Assembly: GCA_013265495.1 (NCBI GenBank)
Contig: MU058844.1
Span: 11,492,184 to 11,556,183, forward strand
Direction: 5' to 3'
Length of the DNA: 64,000 nt
DNA from: Vicugna vicugna
Taxonomy: Eukaryota
Part shown: positions 12,692-25,852 of the stretch, piece by piece
How the letters are laid out: each line of letters starts with the position of its first letter
Numbering within the stretch: position 1 is the first letter of the stretch
Notes under the pieces: generated by a model
The model's database searches: none
The model's input: the letters and a program-made list of their open reading frames with translations, nothing else
What the model was told of the DNA's origin: nothing
Translations under genes and position numbers: made by a program

Positions 12692-13194
12692 TGTGTACCA
12701 GTTAAGAATGCTGTGGAATACTATAGGACAGACTATCCAAAATGACAGTGGCTTCAACACATATGGATTAATCTCTCCCATAAAAGAATTGCAGATATAA
12801 GCAGTCCACAGCTGGTGGGGTGGCTCCAGGAGGTCACCCAGAGCCTAGGGTCCTTCTATCTTTCCTCTCTCCCACGCTCAGCACTGGCTTCCATCCTCAA
12901 GCTACCATGGTCCATGCTGGCTGCTGAATTATGAGGCATCACATCTGCATTCCAGAGAGCAAAGAAGAGGTGAGGGTGGGTTCAAAAGGAAGCATCTCCC
13001 AACAGCCTAAGTTCCACGCCTCGGTTCTGGGCACATCTCGTTGGCCAGAGAACTCAGTCACATGGCTGCATCAAGCTGCCAGGGAGGCCTGGAAATGGAA
13101 TCCTTTCCCTGACACTCTGTCACTTTAGATACAACTTGGGTACAAAAGAGGAAAGGAAAATTAGATGGGTAGACAACCTGCAGTCTGTGCCACA
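12692..13194 (-). mobile_element. MaLR LTR (MLT1J-like) nested in a MIR (12570-12690 and 13195-13300)
   Basis: aaatgacagtggcttcaacac, ccttctatctttcctctct, tcagtcacatggctgca, ...gtctgtgccaca; MIR halves on both sides. Confidence 0.65.
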
Positions 13195-14974
13195 ACGTTC
13201 CTCAAGGATTACCCTGCGGATTATATGAGTTGATACATGTTAAATTCTTAGCACAGAGCCTGATCCCTTGTCAGCACCCAGAAGTTACCATTATTAGCCA
13301 ATAGCCAGGGACATAATAGTCTATTATTTAAAACTCATTAAAAAAGAAATTATCTATAATTCTGGAATATGTAAATTCCTTTATTCTATTTGGTACTGAC
13401 TCAGTTTTAAAGGAAATGATTTTTAAAAGTCATAAACTAAATAGGTAGGAAAAACTTTCAACCAGTAGTTAAAAAAAAATATACTTTGGAGGGCTTATGA
13501 ATCAACAAAAATTTATTACACGAAAGATCCAAAGCTGAGGCACTGCAGGAAACTAGATAAAGAGGGAAGGAAAAAGGTTTCCTTGAATTCTAGAATAATT
13601 TTCATTAATAACTTAGAAAAAATGATAATGGAATGTGGCTCTTCCTTGTACTTCACAGATTTTCACACAGTTCAGCCCAAGAGCGTATGTGGGTGGAGGA
13701 CAGAGGGGACACAGCAGTGTTCCTGTTCTTGCTTAGGTGTCTTTAGCCTCTGCTCGCTGACTTTTCTCTTCCCACTTTCTCCAGCCTTTCCTGGTCTCTC
13801 TCATCTCTAATTCTCCATAGCCTTTCTCCTTTTCTCTGCATTTTCCTCTAGGACTGCTCTGTCATGCTGCTTTGCAATGTTTTTGAGGTTTAATGCAAAT
13901 CGTAGCCAATGTTCTTTATTTCTTTTCAGAGTGTACATCATCCTGAATCACTGTTTCCAGGGAAGAGATGGTGCCAGGTTTCCCTGAATGCTAATTCTCT
14001 CCTTTAATGCTCTCTCAAAACTAAAATGGAAATACTCTGCTAGGAACACAGTAGCGAAATGGGTTCCAGCAACACACAGACCAAGGTGTGTGCCATCTTA
14101 TGGGAAGTGAGCTCATTATTATCAGCTTCAGTTTCCCTTTCCCTAAAACTGGTATAATCATAGCATGTGTTACACAAAGACCTTTGTTACAGATTTAATA
14201 TGGTAATGTATGTAACTTCCAGCACAAGAAACAGGGAGCAAATGTTAGCTCTGATAATACTAATGATCATAATGAAACTTGATACAGAAAAGCCACAGTC
14301 AACCTTCTGGTATCCACAAAATATTATTGCTAAATAATAATTATTTCACTACATGATTAAATCAATAACTTCCCACGGGGAGCAAAACAAATAAACATAA
14401 ACTCAAAAACAAATATGCTATATTTGATTGATCTGTTGGATAAATTCTATTATCTGGCAGGCTACTGCAGAGTGTCCCAAGTCTATCCTTGTGTCTTTAG
14501 TCCAAAAGCCAAAATTGTAACACATTTTCTGCATGATGAAATACAGTGTCTTACACTCAGCCTTCCACCATTTGGTCTAACTCAGAAATATATCATCTCT
14601 CTGTTCAATTTCTTTTTCTTGTATGGAAGTTATTTTCTCATTGTTCATCATTCTCCAGACAGATTCATCCAGGCCTCATCAGGTCATCGATACAATGCCA
14701 GCCATTGCTGAGATACCTTCATCTAATTAGCGTGGATATGTCTACTCTTTGCCTGACCATATGAAATAAATGCTCCCACTCATTCATTTCCTTCCAAAGC
14801 CATATGGTGTTTTTCTGTCTAACAGTCCTTTTCGCAAGGCACTGACATATCTGGACAGACGTCCCCTATCTCTATCAAAAGTAAAGTTTCTTAAACTGTT
14901 TTGGCTGATGGACATTTGTGGAAATCGGATGAAAAGGATAGATACTTTAGCTGAAAAAAAAAATGCACACGTGT

Positions 14975-15311
14975 TCCGATGGACTGAATGTTTGCATCCC
15001 CTCCAAAATTCTGTGTTAAAGTCAGAACCCCCATGGTGATGGTATGAGGAGGTGGGGGCCTTCTGGAGGAAATTAGGTGATGAGGGTGGAGCCCTCATAC
15101 ATGGGATTAGTGCCCTTATAAAAGAGACCTGAGAGAGAGCCCTAGACGCACCATGTGAGTGTAAAACAAGAAGAGGGTCTGGGAGAGGGCCTTCACCAGA
15201 CCATGCTGGAACCCTGATCTTGAGTTTCCAGCCTCCAGAACTATGAAAAATAAATGCTTCTTGTTTTAAGCCACACCTGTTTATGGTAATTTATTATAGC
15301 AGCCCAAACAA
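14975..15311 (+). mobile_element. MaLR LTR (MLT1A-like)
   Basis: atggactgaatgtttg...gggattagtgcccttataaaagag...ccagcctccagaactatgaaaaataaatg...atagcagcccaaac. Confidence 0.8.
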
Positions 15312-15819
15312 ATGGCCAAGTGGCTCTTCTCCTTCTCTTTTGCCTGTTTTTTCTCCCCAGAAGCTATGCCTGTCAAAGACTGCTTCTCATACACTTACGA
15401 ACTCCCTCCTGTTGTCCATGCTCTGATCTGCCAGGTACAGTCAGTATTTCCAGATCTCCGAGGGTGGCTTGGTCTGTCTGGCAGCAGGTTTGAATCAACT
15501 CTAGGCCAATTCTGGCTCCCATCTTTTCTCTCCCAGAAGGGTGCCAGGCCCCCCTTTGCCTACTGCAACGCCTTGTTCTAGGAGGTGCTGGATGGTAGCA
15601 TGAGAGACCCCAGGCTGGATTGTGCTGTTTCAGGTTTTTGCCTTAGAAATTGTATGAATTTTTATCATTGTTTATCTCTAAACTACACTGAAGGCATTGT
15701 TTGGTATAGTTTTATTTTTTCCTCTTTGTTGATCCAGATTGTTTTGGGGGAAAAAAATATTAGGAAATAGGGACATATACAGCCACCATTGTCTTCAGCT
15801 ATCTGGAATTCCTCAGAAA

Positions 15820-16700
15820 TAATTCTGCTAGCAGTGTGGAGGATGGATTGGAAGAGAGACTAAAGCACGGAAGGGCTAATTAGGGAGTTATTTGAATGGT
15901 GTAAGTAAAATATAATAAGGGTCATAATTAACTTTGTAAATGCAGAGGATATAAGGGTTCAGCTGATGTTGAACATTTGGTAAGTATCCAACAGCAGGAG
16001 GGAAGGGTGACCCGTAACTTTCTGGCTTAGCCATTGAGCATCATTATGGTAGAACCACTCTGAGATAAAGAAGATAGCATGAGGGCCGATTTGGACAGAT
16101 AGAAAGTGTATGTTGAAGGAATTTAATGGAATTCAATTTTAGAACAAGCAGTTTGGGATGCCTGAAAAATATCCAGGTGGATTTGCTCACTGGGGATATA
16201 GAAAGAGCACCAAAAAGTATTGTAACTAAAGCTAGAAATCTGGGCGTCCACAAAATAAAGCTGATAGGAGAAGCTATGTTTCTGTGTGGGGCTTTTCAAG
16301 GAAAAGGGAGTAGGAAAGAGAAGAGGAATGGATGCCAAGATAAAAGCATCCCTTTCACTGGAAGGGATGAGGCAGGAAAGAGGGAAGGAGGAGACCTAGA
16401 AAAAGAAGCCAGCAAGGCAGGGGGAAAACAGAAGGGAGTCATCTGGGAAGTTGGGAGTGAAATCAATTCCTTGATGGAAGAGTTGGTCCGCCTTATACGT
16501 ACTGAACAGAAAATAAGGAAGTGAAGGTATGAACATCAAGTGGCTTGGAGACTTAGGATCTACTGAAGTTTTTAGCATTAGGAGGTCATTGATGATGCTT
16601 GCAAAGAGCATTTCTTCTAAGTTGATGAGAGTGCCTATCAGATTGCAGTGGGTTGAGAAATGAGTAAGAGATAAAGAACTAGAGACAGGAAGTGTAGACC
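15820..16700 (+). mobile_element. LINE-2 fragment
   Basis: gcagtgtggaggatggattggaag; gtttgggatgcctg...atccaggtgga; ggaggtcattgatga; cagattgcagtgggttgagaaatgagt. Confidence 0.7.
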
Positions 16701-18799
16701 TCTTATCTATAGTGCCTTCTCTGTTTTAGTCCCTGAATAAAACAATAAAGGCAGGAGTTAAAATAATGCACTTAATAATATTCTCATAACACTGAACACC
16801 CCTGACACATAGTGTGTGGCACTTTTCACTATATGTAAACCTACCTTCTCTCCCATTTTAAATGGAACGTTCCTTTATGTAAGGGTACATATCTAAATCA
16901 TGTCTGTATCATGCAGGAGTGAATATCTACGATGAATTAGTAAGAATCTGTTGGCCAAATGAGTGAACCAACGAAAGACTCAAAGAGCCAAGTCTCAACT
17001 GTGTTCCAAATCCTAGGCATAATACTTAGTCCCTGTTTCCAGGTGCCACTTCCTGTAAAAAAATGTTTAGCCTCCAATTTGAAACAATAAAGAGATGCTG
17101 AGTCTTAGCTTACTTTATGAGATGTGAGTGACAGCCCCTGGCAGCCACAGCAGAGGAGCCATTAGGATGCACAGATGACTCTGACAACCAGCTGAGGTCT
17201 GGAAATGGCCATTGTGACAGCCTTCCTCCAAAAGGGGCTTTCAAACACTAATGTGCTTCTCCGTTTATCTGGCCTTGCACAAATCAAGAAATATTTTGTT
17301 CATATGCAACTACCCACAGGCCCTTATTTAATTTTATTACCACTCCCTGCAGTGCTGCCAGGCAAATAATCTTTGAGCCTATTTTGATTAATAACACAGT
17401 CTGCATTTCCCGTTTGATTTCCAAGCCTCTCTCAAAGTAAGACTCCAGTGTGGATCTCCAGATCTTCTCCACATCAGCACTCTTTTGAAAGGAAGGCTCT
17501 GATTGATACAGGCTTCCGAGCACACACCACTGAGCATGAATGCAAAAGCAGCAGCGTGTACCCAAAGCCACAGGAAGGAAGAGAAAACAACCAGGAACAA
17601 ATGTGCCAGTTCTTTAAGGGGAAAGAACCAGAGGACAAATGTGGACCAAAATATCCAATGCAGGATTTCATAATCCTTTTGACTTTAACACCAGGTGTGG
17701 CTTCCAACATAGGGCAACTGTTTGGGGTTTTGTTTGTTTGTTTTGGGTTTTTTTTTTTTTTTTTGGAAAGCCAAGTAAAGAAGTACAACAGGAATGTTTC
17801 CTAGCACACTGTAATCCATACATCTGGACAGACTTAATTTCTCCAGCTGGCCATGGTGGCCATCTCCTTAATATTTGCATGAAATTGGCTTGAATTCCAT
17901 AAATCCCCTAGGATTACCTGGGTAGAGATGTTGTAGGCAAGCCTATGTTCTCTGTGTCATTTCACCTTCATTCTCACTCACACAAGGTACCCCTCCTATG
18001 TGTGCAATCCTTTGTTCTATATCCCACTGCTCTACAGAGCCATGCACAGAAACCTTTATCCTCCCAAATTCCTCCAACCCAATGTGATACGTATGTCGGA
18101 TATTACTAAAGAATTTAGAGATAACAAGGAGAGAAGTAGGTTTACTTAGCCACACAGCAAGACAAATGACTTAACATTGACTATTAAGACACCTCTGCTC
18201 TTAAAACTCCTAGAACTTATCTAGGGAATCTGTGATGACCATTTTTCTCTTGGAATTTTAGCCCTGCACCATGTTGCTAAACACAGTGGCACCCCCGCCC
18301 TTTCTCCTCAAACCAAGCTCACTCAACCATATCTCCCACCCAAGGTTCGGATAATTTCTGCTGCAGAAGAGTTTAGCTACCCTCTGTTTTATCACAAACC
18401 ATCTGCTCATGCCCAAAGGGCCTCAGCCTTATATTTATGACCAAATATGACGCTTCTCTCCCTAGAAGGAGTTCTGTGCCAGCCCTTAAAGTGATACATT
18501 TTTTTCCTCCGTTGTTATTTCAAACAAAAGCTTATAGGGCCTGGCTCTTCATTATGGAAATTATGTACTTATTTCTCATAATTAAAAAAAAAAGAGATAG
18601 AAGAATATATTTTACCTCTTTGCTTTTCCCTCAAAAGGATTTATCCTAATCCTCTCCATCTTGAGCTAATCTCTCTTTCATGAACACTGAGAAAATGATT
18701 AAAAAAGGAAAGGTAGAAACCTTTAGTTTTGAGTACCTTCCCTTCTGGTTCCCAACCCCCATCTTGGTTCACTATACCCAGATGGTTTATTATATCCCA

Positions 18800-19630
18800 G
18801 TGATGGTTAATTTTATGTGTCTACTTGCCAAGGTCATTGACTCCCAGATATTTGGTTAAATATAATTCTGGATGAGTCGGTGAGGGTGTTTTGAATGAGG
18901 TTAACATTTAAATCAGTAGTCTTAGGAGAGCAGATTGCAGTACCTAGGACAGTTGTATCATGTTAGAGTTATGACCTTGTCTTTATGTGGAGATTAAATT
19001 AAGAAGATGTGCATGGGTACCAATTTGATTTTTACCTGTCCATTTTTAAAAAAGACTTTCACTAACATTTAATTTTATATATTTTAATGTAAACAGAATT
19101 TTAACAACCCAAACAACCAAAATCCTTGGTATATTTTGCATCTGATTTGAAAGATATACAATTCTAGTAAATAAAAGATTTTCAAAGCCCTTTTAAACCT
19201 ACCATACCTTTACACTTTACATAAAGCTGAGTAAGGTTTTTAGAATTTCTTAATACTGGGAAGATTTTAGTCTGTTCTTTCCATTTCCACTGTATCCACA
19301 ACTGTATACCATGCATAATTTTAAATTTTCAAAGAAAAAAAAAAAACAAATGAAAACCCCCCCGAAGTGCTCAGATGTTTGTTCATATGTTACTCTGGGT
19401 GTGTCTGTGAGTGTGTTTTTTAATGAGACGATCATGTGAGTCAGTAGATGGAGTAAAGCGGGTTGCCCTTCCGAATGTGGGTGGCCCTCCTCCCATCAGT
19501 TGAAGACCTGAGCAGAACAAAAACACTGAGTGGAAATGCACTGCTCTGACCTCACTGCTTGATAGGACATTGGCTCTCCTGGGTCTCTGGCCTTTGGACT
19601 TGAACTGGAACTTACACCAGCGACTGGAAC
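18800..19630 (+). mobile_element. Two ERVL MLT2-type LTR fragments (18800-18940 and ~19365-19630) separated by AT-rich sequence
   Basis: tgatggttaattttatgtgtc MLT2 start; ctgggtgtgtctgtgag...gagtaaagcgggttgccctt...aatgtgggtgg. Confidence 0.65.
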
Positions 19631-21283
19631 AACCTCATGACAGGGTTATAATTTTTTTTCAACTTTTCTCTTTACTCCTATCCAAATCACACATACACAC
19701 CCTCAAAATTTCTGTAGGTTAGGTTCTCACAGTTTGAAGAGCCAGTCTCTCCAGAACGTCTGCTTCCACCTAACAGTATTAAAAAGCCCTCCAACACCAC
19801 AGCTGAGCGTTTCACCACTGCCCAGGCTCCCCAGTCACCCCTGAGCCACGGACTTTCTCTCTGCATGGTTAATTCTTTGGGTTTCATTGCCCACTGCATT
19901 CTGCTTTTGAGCATTTGACTTACAGAAACTCTCGGTAACTGAAAAACGGAACGAGGGAGGCGAAGAAAAGGTGGGGGGGTGGTCTTTGTGAAGCCATTCA
20001 ATCAGACGTCAGCCAAGTCCCCAAGCACAGGTGCGCATCGCCTGAACAAGGTTCAGGCAGTAGTTTTTGATGGAAAACTCACCTGGCATCGACGGTAACT
20101 GCTAATGAGGGTCCTCAGCACCCGGACCACAATGAGCTCGCTCAAGTGGCACCAGCGGCCTGCAAGCCTTGGCTTGTCTCCCTCTCTGCTTCCTGGCACA
20201 GGAGACTAGCAGGATTCAGCAGTCTTCGGGGGCTGACTGTTATGTCTGGTGCAGACAGCCAGTTTGGAAGTCAAAAACTGAAGCTTGTCCCTTTCTCTTT
20301 GCATTCCTGCCACAACAGTCCAGTTCTCCAGGCAATGCGCGCGCTCCTGACTGACTGGGGTAGGGGTCACGGACAAGGAAGTTCACGTTCAATTTTTCAT
20401 TGTAATATCTCACGGCACAAAGCATCTGCATTTCCCGTTGCATGAATTCCCCAGTAAGCAGCGAACAAGTAGGTAACTAAACAAGTGAGAAGAAGCAAAT
20501 ATAAAGACAGGAGATTTGCTACACAGGTCTGTACACTTAAGGAGATCATTAAAAATGGTGAGGGGAGTAGAAATCTCTAAAATTCAAGTTCCTCAATTAT
20601 TCGGCTACTTTTGCCCCCTCTTCCCTAAACATGTATTGTGTCCCTGTAATCCTACCCCCAAATCCAGCTGCAGCTTCCATGTCCCCCCCTCCATGGGAGC
20701 CCTCTTGCTGCTTTGGTTCCTTAAACACAGATGCCCCTCCTCCAAAAAAAAAAAGAGTACAGATAAATCCATAGATAATCTTAGATGGCTTTTGCTGTGA
20801 GCTCTAACCCTTAGGATCTTTGTAAGAGTTTCCTCTCTGCCTAGTAAATATTCAGAACAATCGATATGAGCAAGTCACAAACAGCTTGTCTGCTTAGTGC
20901 TGTTAGTCTTACCCCCTCAGGTTTCCAACAGAGCTTTGACCTCCCTTTAGCAGGGAGAGACGTGCCTGTTGGGGCAGATGGGTTAAAGCTGAATGGAAGT
21001 GAAAAAAACTGGGTGTTGGGAAAAAAGGGAGGCGTGGAAGTGGGTTGCTGGTCAGTACAGATATCCACCAGCATGCAAGCAACCTCGCACTTGACATCTC
21101 TGCTAGGATGTCAAATAGACATCTCAAACTGAGCATGTCACACGGAGCTCCCGATAACTGCCCACCTTTGCCATTTCATCAACGGTAGCATCATCATTCC
21201 AACCTCACATGGCCAAGTCCTTTGGAGCTGTGTGAGTCAGGATTCTCTGGAGAAGTGCTGTACCAACAGGATGCATAGACAAC

Positions 21284-21370
21284 ATATTATTATATATATA
21301 AACATATATTATTAATTTATTACATATTCTATATTAACATATATTATATAACATATTGTTAATATATTAA
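21284..21370. repeat. AT-rich low-complexity / (TA)n tract following an MLT2-like 3' end (21229-21283)
   Basis: atattattatatatataaacatatattattaatttattac... Confidence 0.75.
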
Positions 21371-22470
21371 GGGCACACAGGAGTTCATCTGACTGAAATG
21401 CAAAGTTTAGAATGGGGGCAATTCGTGTAGGATGATTTTGGATTAATAAGCAGAAGTTATAAACTGCCTTATGGAAATACTGGATAATGGTGAGGCATTG
21501 GAAGATTTTAAGAAGGGGAATGGAAAGGTCTTATGTTCACTCTAAGAAAAAAAAAAAAAAGATAGATAAAACCACAGAGTGAAATTCAGATACCGTATTG
21601 GAGAGGAGCTCGGGAGAGGAGGGGTGGTTTGTATAATGATCTTGCCTACAACACGGTAACTCAGCGGTACTTGTGTCTTCTTAAGCGGGGAGAGAAAAGG
21701 CCAATCACACTGTGAATGATGGGAATTCACTTCTATGTTAAATACAAACAAAAATTGTTAGGAAAGAAGTGATGTGATTCAAGGTTTCTAAGTCTATGTT
21801 GCACTGAAGTAAAAAGTTATTTTTGAAGTAATAAACAAATATAATTGTAATAATGATGTGGGTTCACATGGGAGCTGAGGAACTAATTATTTTCACCTCC
21901 TAAAGTGTCTACTGCTGTTGATCAAGTTTGCGAGATAAATGCTTTAATTCATTACATTTACATAAATCCCCTTGCAGGACCTTCTTTTATCAGTGCACTT
22001 ACAAAATGAATTGGCTTTCTAACACTTCCTAACTTTTTTTCAATTAGCATACTGACACTTGCACTGTATTAAATTCAGTTTTTCTTCAGATAAAGTAGCT
22101 TATCAACTTATCACCCAAAAAAGCATGGATCCCAGAATCTGTCAAAATTTGAAAATTTAATTTCCTCCCCTATTTATATAGTCAACCTCTTCGCACCTTC
22201 TGCATGAGGCTCACTGTTTTTATTAAAGCAAAACTAGTAAGTTTGCTCTCAGAAGGTTTAGCTGCCTTCTAAGAACTGAAAAACTAAATTGCAGATTGGT
22301 ACAAAACCTCAGCATAACATGAAGAAGACTACTGAAGAAATTTTTTTTCCAAAAAGATTAAACTCTCCAGGTATTAATTTTTCTTAATGTGAATTTTCTC
22401 CTCTTTTTCAAAACACAGTACCTGGGAAGTTAACTTATAATACTACATTACAATCAAGAAACAAAATTCC

Positions 22471-23109
22471 TTTATCCAGTCACCTGTTGATGGACATTTA
22501 GGTTGTTTCCATGTTTTGGCTATTGTAAATAGTGCTGCTATGAACATTGGGGTGCAGGTGTCATCCTGAAGTAGATTTCCTTCTGGGTACAAGCCCAGGA
22601 GTGGGATTCAGAAGATGTGGTATATTTATACAATGGAATACTACTCAGCCATAAAAACCGACAACATAACGCCATTTGCAGCAACATGGATGCTCCTAGA
22701 GAATGTCATTCTAAGTGAAGTAAGCCAGAAAGAGAAAGAAAAATACCATATGAGATCGCTCATATGTGGAATCTAAAAAACAAAAACAAACAAAAACAAA
22801 GCATAAATACAGGACAGAAATAGACTCATGGACAGAGAATACAGACTTGTGGTTACCGGGGGGGTAGAGGGTGGGAAGGGATAGACTGGGATTTCAAAAT
22901 TGTAGAATAGATAAACAAGATTACACTGTATAGCACAGGGAAATATACACAAAATGTTATGATAAATCACAGAGAAAAAAATGTGACAATGAGTGTATAT
23001 ATGTCCATGTATGACTGAAAAATTGTACTGAACACTGGAATTTGACACAACACTGTAAAATGATTATGAATCAATAAAAATGTAAAAAAATAAAAAAAAA
23101 ATAAAAAAA
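22471..23109 (+). mobile_element. Young, 5'-truncated and 5'-inverted LINE-1 (camelid-type 3' end) with poly(A) tail
   Basis: 22471-22609 is L1 in reverse and 22610-23109 is forward, ending in AATAAA and an A-tail; perfect 15-bp TSD aagaaacaaaattcc at 22456-22470 and 23110-23124. Confidence 0.93.
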
Positions 23110-23339
23110 AAGAAACAAAATTCCACCCTTTACAATACCCACTAAAATACTCAGAATAATAAGTATCAATATATGTTTCCGTTCCCATTACCTTCTTGAA
23201 GTATCTCCTAGAAAAGGAAGAAGTAGCCTTTGAGAGACGGAAGGAAGAAGCAGAGGATGTAATTATAACTTTACATTAAAGAAGAGACTAGACTAGATAG
23301 AAGGTAGTGTATTACACGAACAGCCCTTAGGCACCCCTA

Positions 23340-23948
23340 AATATTAGCCTGGACAAGAAAATGGCTGCCTTGTCCTCGTTCTTTCTCCTTGAGTACAGAG
23401 TGACTCAGGTTTGATGTACTGGGCTGCTGTTTTCAATCATCTCTGAGACTTCTGGGTGAAAACTGACACGACCCACCTGAGGCCTCAGCTTACCTAGACT
23501 TTCGAGAGGTTTCTTCCTAACTCCAGGCACCTGACATCCCTCTTCTTAGAGCATTTACTTTATTCTTTTTCTGACACTTAGAGAAGTAAATCATCTACAC
23601 CCAGAAATGTCTTTTTCAGAGGCACAGAGTCATCTCTCTGAAATGTAATCACCAAAGAAGATGGAGCCTTGATATCCCAGGCTCTGCGGGAGGACAGGAG
23701 TCTAGCTTTATGATAAGCACCAGTTAGCAACTGCAGCTGGCTTAACCACATTGACCAACCCCACCAAATGTCCTCCAGTACTTTCCTCCTAGCTCACCCT
23801 AGTCCTTAGAACTCTCTCACCTTCTATTTCAGTAAAATTTAATTCATTCCCTCTCCTTCATTGTGACCGTCTTGACTCCTATTGTAACAGTCCTGGATAA
23901 AGTCTTCCTTTCACCTATAACTCTATCAGGTACAACTTTTCTTGGACA
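23340..23948 (+). mobile_element. ERV1-class LTR (MER67-like)
   Basis: cttcttagagcatttacttta; ctctgcgggaggacaggagtctagc; gataagcaccagttagcaa; ends ...ttttcttggaca. Confidence 0.6.
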
Positions 23949-24971
23949 GGTCACCGATGTCCTCCACTGATGGAGACAGTCAGAGCCCCATTTGAGCATG
24001 GTTTTAATGGTTAAACCAAAGACCAACAGGAATACAAAAATGGAGGTTTTGAGTGTGTGTGTGTTGGCTGGGTGAGTAAGGGAACATCTTTCTCTTGGTT
24101 TCATCTTCCCATCTGCGGATGCCCCAGGAGGAAACTCCCCTGCCCCCTCTCCTCCCCTCCAGGGGAAGAGGAGTGAATTGCTTACCTGGTAACCATGGGA
24201 ATAAAAGGTCTGCTTGACTATGTGACCAACTTGGCAGAGCAGCCTGAGAGGCAGTGAGCACTCTGTAAGTGTAAAATTAATCAATTAAAAATAAATATAT
24301 ATGTTTCAAATTCAGGCAAGGAGCAATTGAATCACTTTTGGCAACTTCAAACACGAGGAGTTTGTCAGGTTAGTGCTTAAAAATTGAAGATATTAAAATT
24401 ACAAATTCTATTTAAAATATTTAAAGGGATTTAATTAAGTTGCTCAAGGAATTGATTAAGAGAGTTCAAATCATTAGACTTGAGCTGATCAAATATTAAT
24501 TAAAGAATAAAAAGAGTAAAGGTGACTGTTCTTTCTCAAATAAAATTTATTAGATTTATAAATGACATAATAAAATTGGTGAAAATTTGCTTAAAGACCT
24601 AAGGAAAACATGAATTTTGAATTTAGAGCCCTAGTAAATTGATTGTTAATTTAACTAAAAAATGTAAAAGTATATTCATTGACAAAATGCATTTTAAGAA
24701 CTCACATTAACTATTAAAATACTTTACTGATATATCCAGTCTTTGAGATATTTTGAAAAGCATGGCGACAGATGTAAATGTCTCTAAAAAGTCAATTAAA
24801 GGACTCTGAACACTGACTGTGGGGAAATTATTTGTACAAACTCCTTTGGATACTCTACTAAAAAGAAACCAACAATCAAAAGATATGGTCCTTTAAAATA
24901 AAACTTCTGTATTCTTAAACGTTTTAAAAAATATTGGTCATTTTAATTGATGTTTGTTTTAGCAAGCATAT

Positions 24972-25361
24972 TGTTAAAAATGAGACAAGAGGCCCAAAAT
25001 GGAGTTGCTTATGCCAAGCCCACGGCCCTCAGCTGAGACTTAATGACAGTTTCAGCTTTCTCAGAAATGAAATCTTGAACTAGTCTATCAGGCATCACCT
25101 AACCAGTACTAGTTAGGCAATCTACCTGGTAGATACCAACTATCCCCTAAAGAAATGTGACCTTGCAATAACTAACATGGTTTTTTTATCTAGTGTAACT
25201 TCCTTGTTACTGCTCCCTTCTGCCTATAAAAGTCTTTCATTTTGTATAATTCCTTCGAGCTCCTTTCTATCTGCTAGCCTGCATGCTGCCTGATTCATGA
25301 ACCACTGAATAAAGCCAACGAGATCCTTAGAATTTACTCAGTTGAATTCTGCTGTTTAACA
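24972..25361 (+). mobile_element. ERV1-class solo LTR with intact TATA box and poly(A) signal
   Basis: tgttaaa...tttaaca inverted termini; TATAAAA 25225-25231; AATAAA 25308-25313. Confidence 0.8.
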
Positions 25362-25435
25362 GTAGGAAATTTCAATAGGTCCTTCATACCCAATGACCCA
25401 ATTCTACACATGGGTAGAATTTTATTTGTTAACAT

Positions 25436-25852
25436 TGTTGAACCAAACTAAAATGAAGTCACTTATATCTGGACAAAAAGGAGTTGGCAGACACAGACAC
25501 ATTGAAAAAAATGAAACTTTACCTAACTTGCAGGAAATTATGGCACTTCTCAGAAATCAGTAGAGGATGCCAGCCCATCCCCAATGCCAAGTCTGTTTAC
25601 ATCATCTCTGGGCTTTCTTATTCCCCTGACTCAGTTACCTGGATCCGACAAGGAAGGCGACCACAAGGCAACCAATCAGCTGAAAAAGCCAAATAACTTC
25701 CTCATTTACCCATGGAAACTCCTTGGTCTATGAGCAGCTTGGAACTCACTGCTCCTGTAGCCTTGAATTTCTCAGCTTGTAGGTTGAAACCCTTAAAATA
25801 AATCATCTTTCTGTTTGTTTTTTTTTACTCGGTGTGTGTTTGGTTGTTGACA
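25436..25852 (+). mobile_element. ERV1-class solo LTR
   Basis: tgttga...ttgaca termini; CCAAT box (aaccaatcag ~25670); AATAAA ~25797. Confidence 0.7.

Noticed and set aside
16126..16524. 132-aa ORF
   Set aside because: It lies within a decayed purine-rich L2 element and has no recognisable homology.
20114..20130. REST/RE1-like motif ctcagcacccggacc
   Set aside because: Half-site spacing is 1 nt rather than the canonical 2, and the right half (GGACAG) is incomplete.
17400..20439. Exact 15-mer tctgcatttcccgtt at 17400-17414 and 20425-20439
   Set aside because: One or two exact 15-mer repeats are expected by chance in 64 kb; the flanks do not align.
23844..24284. 146-aa minus-strand ORF
   Set aside because: Non-ATG start, overlaps an LTR end, and shows no recognisable domain or splice structure.
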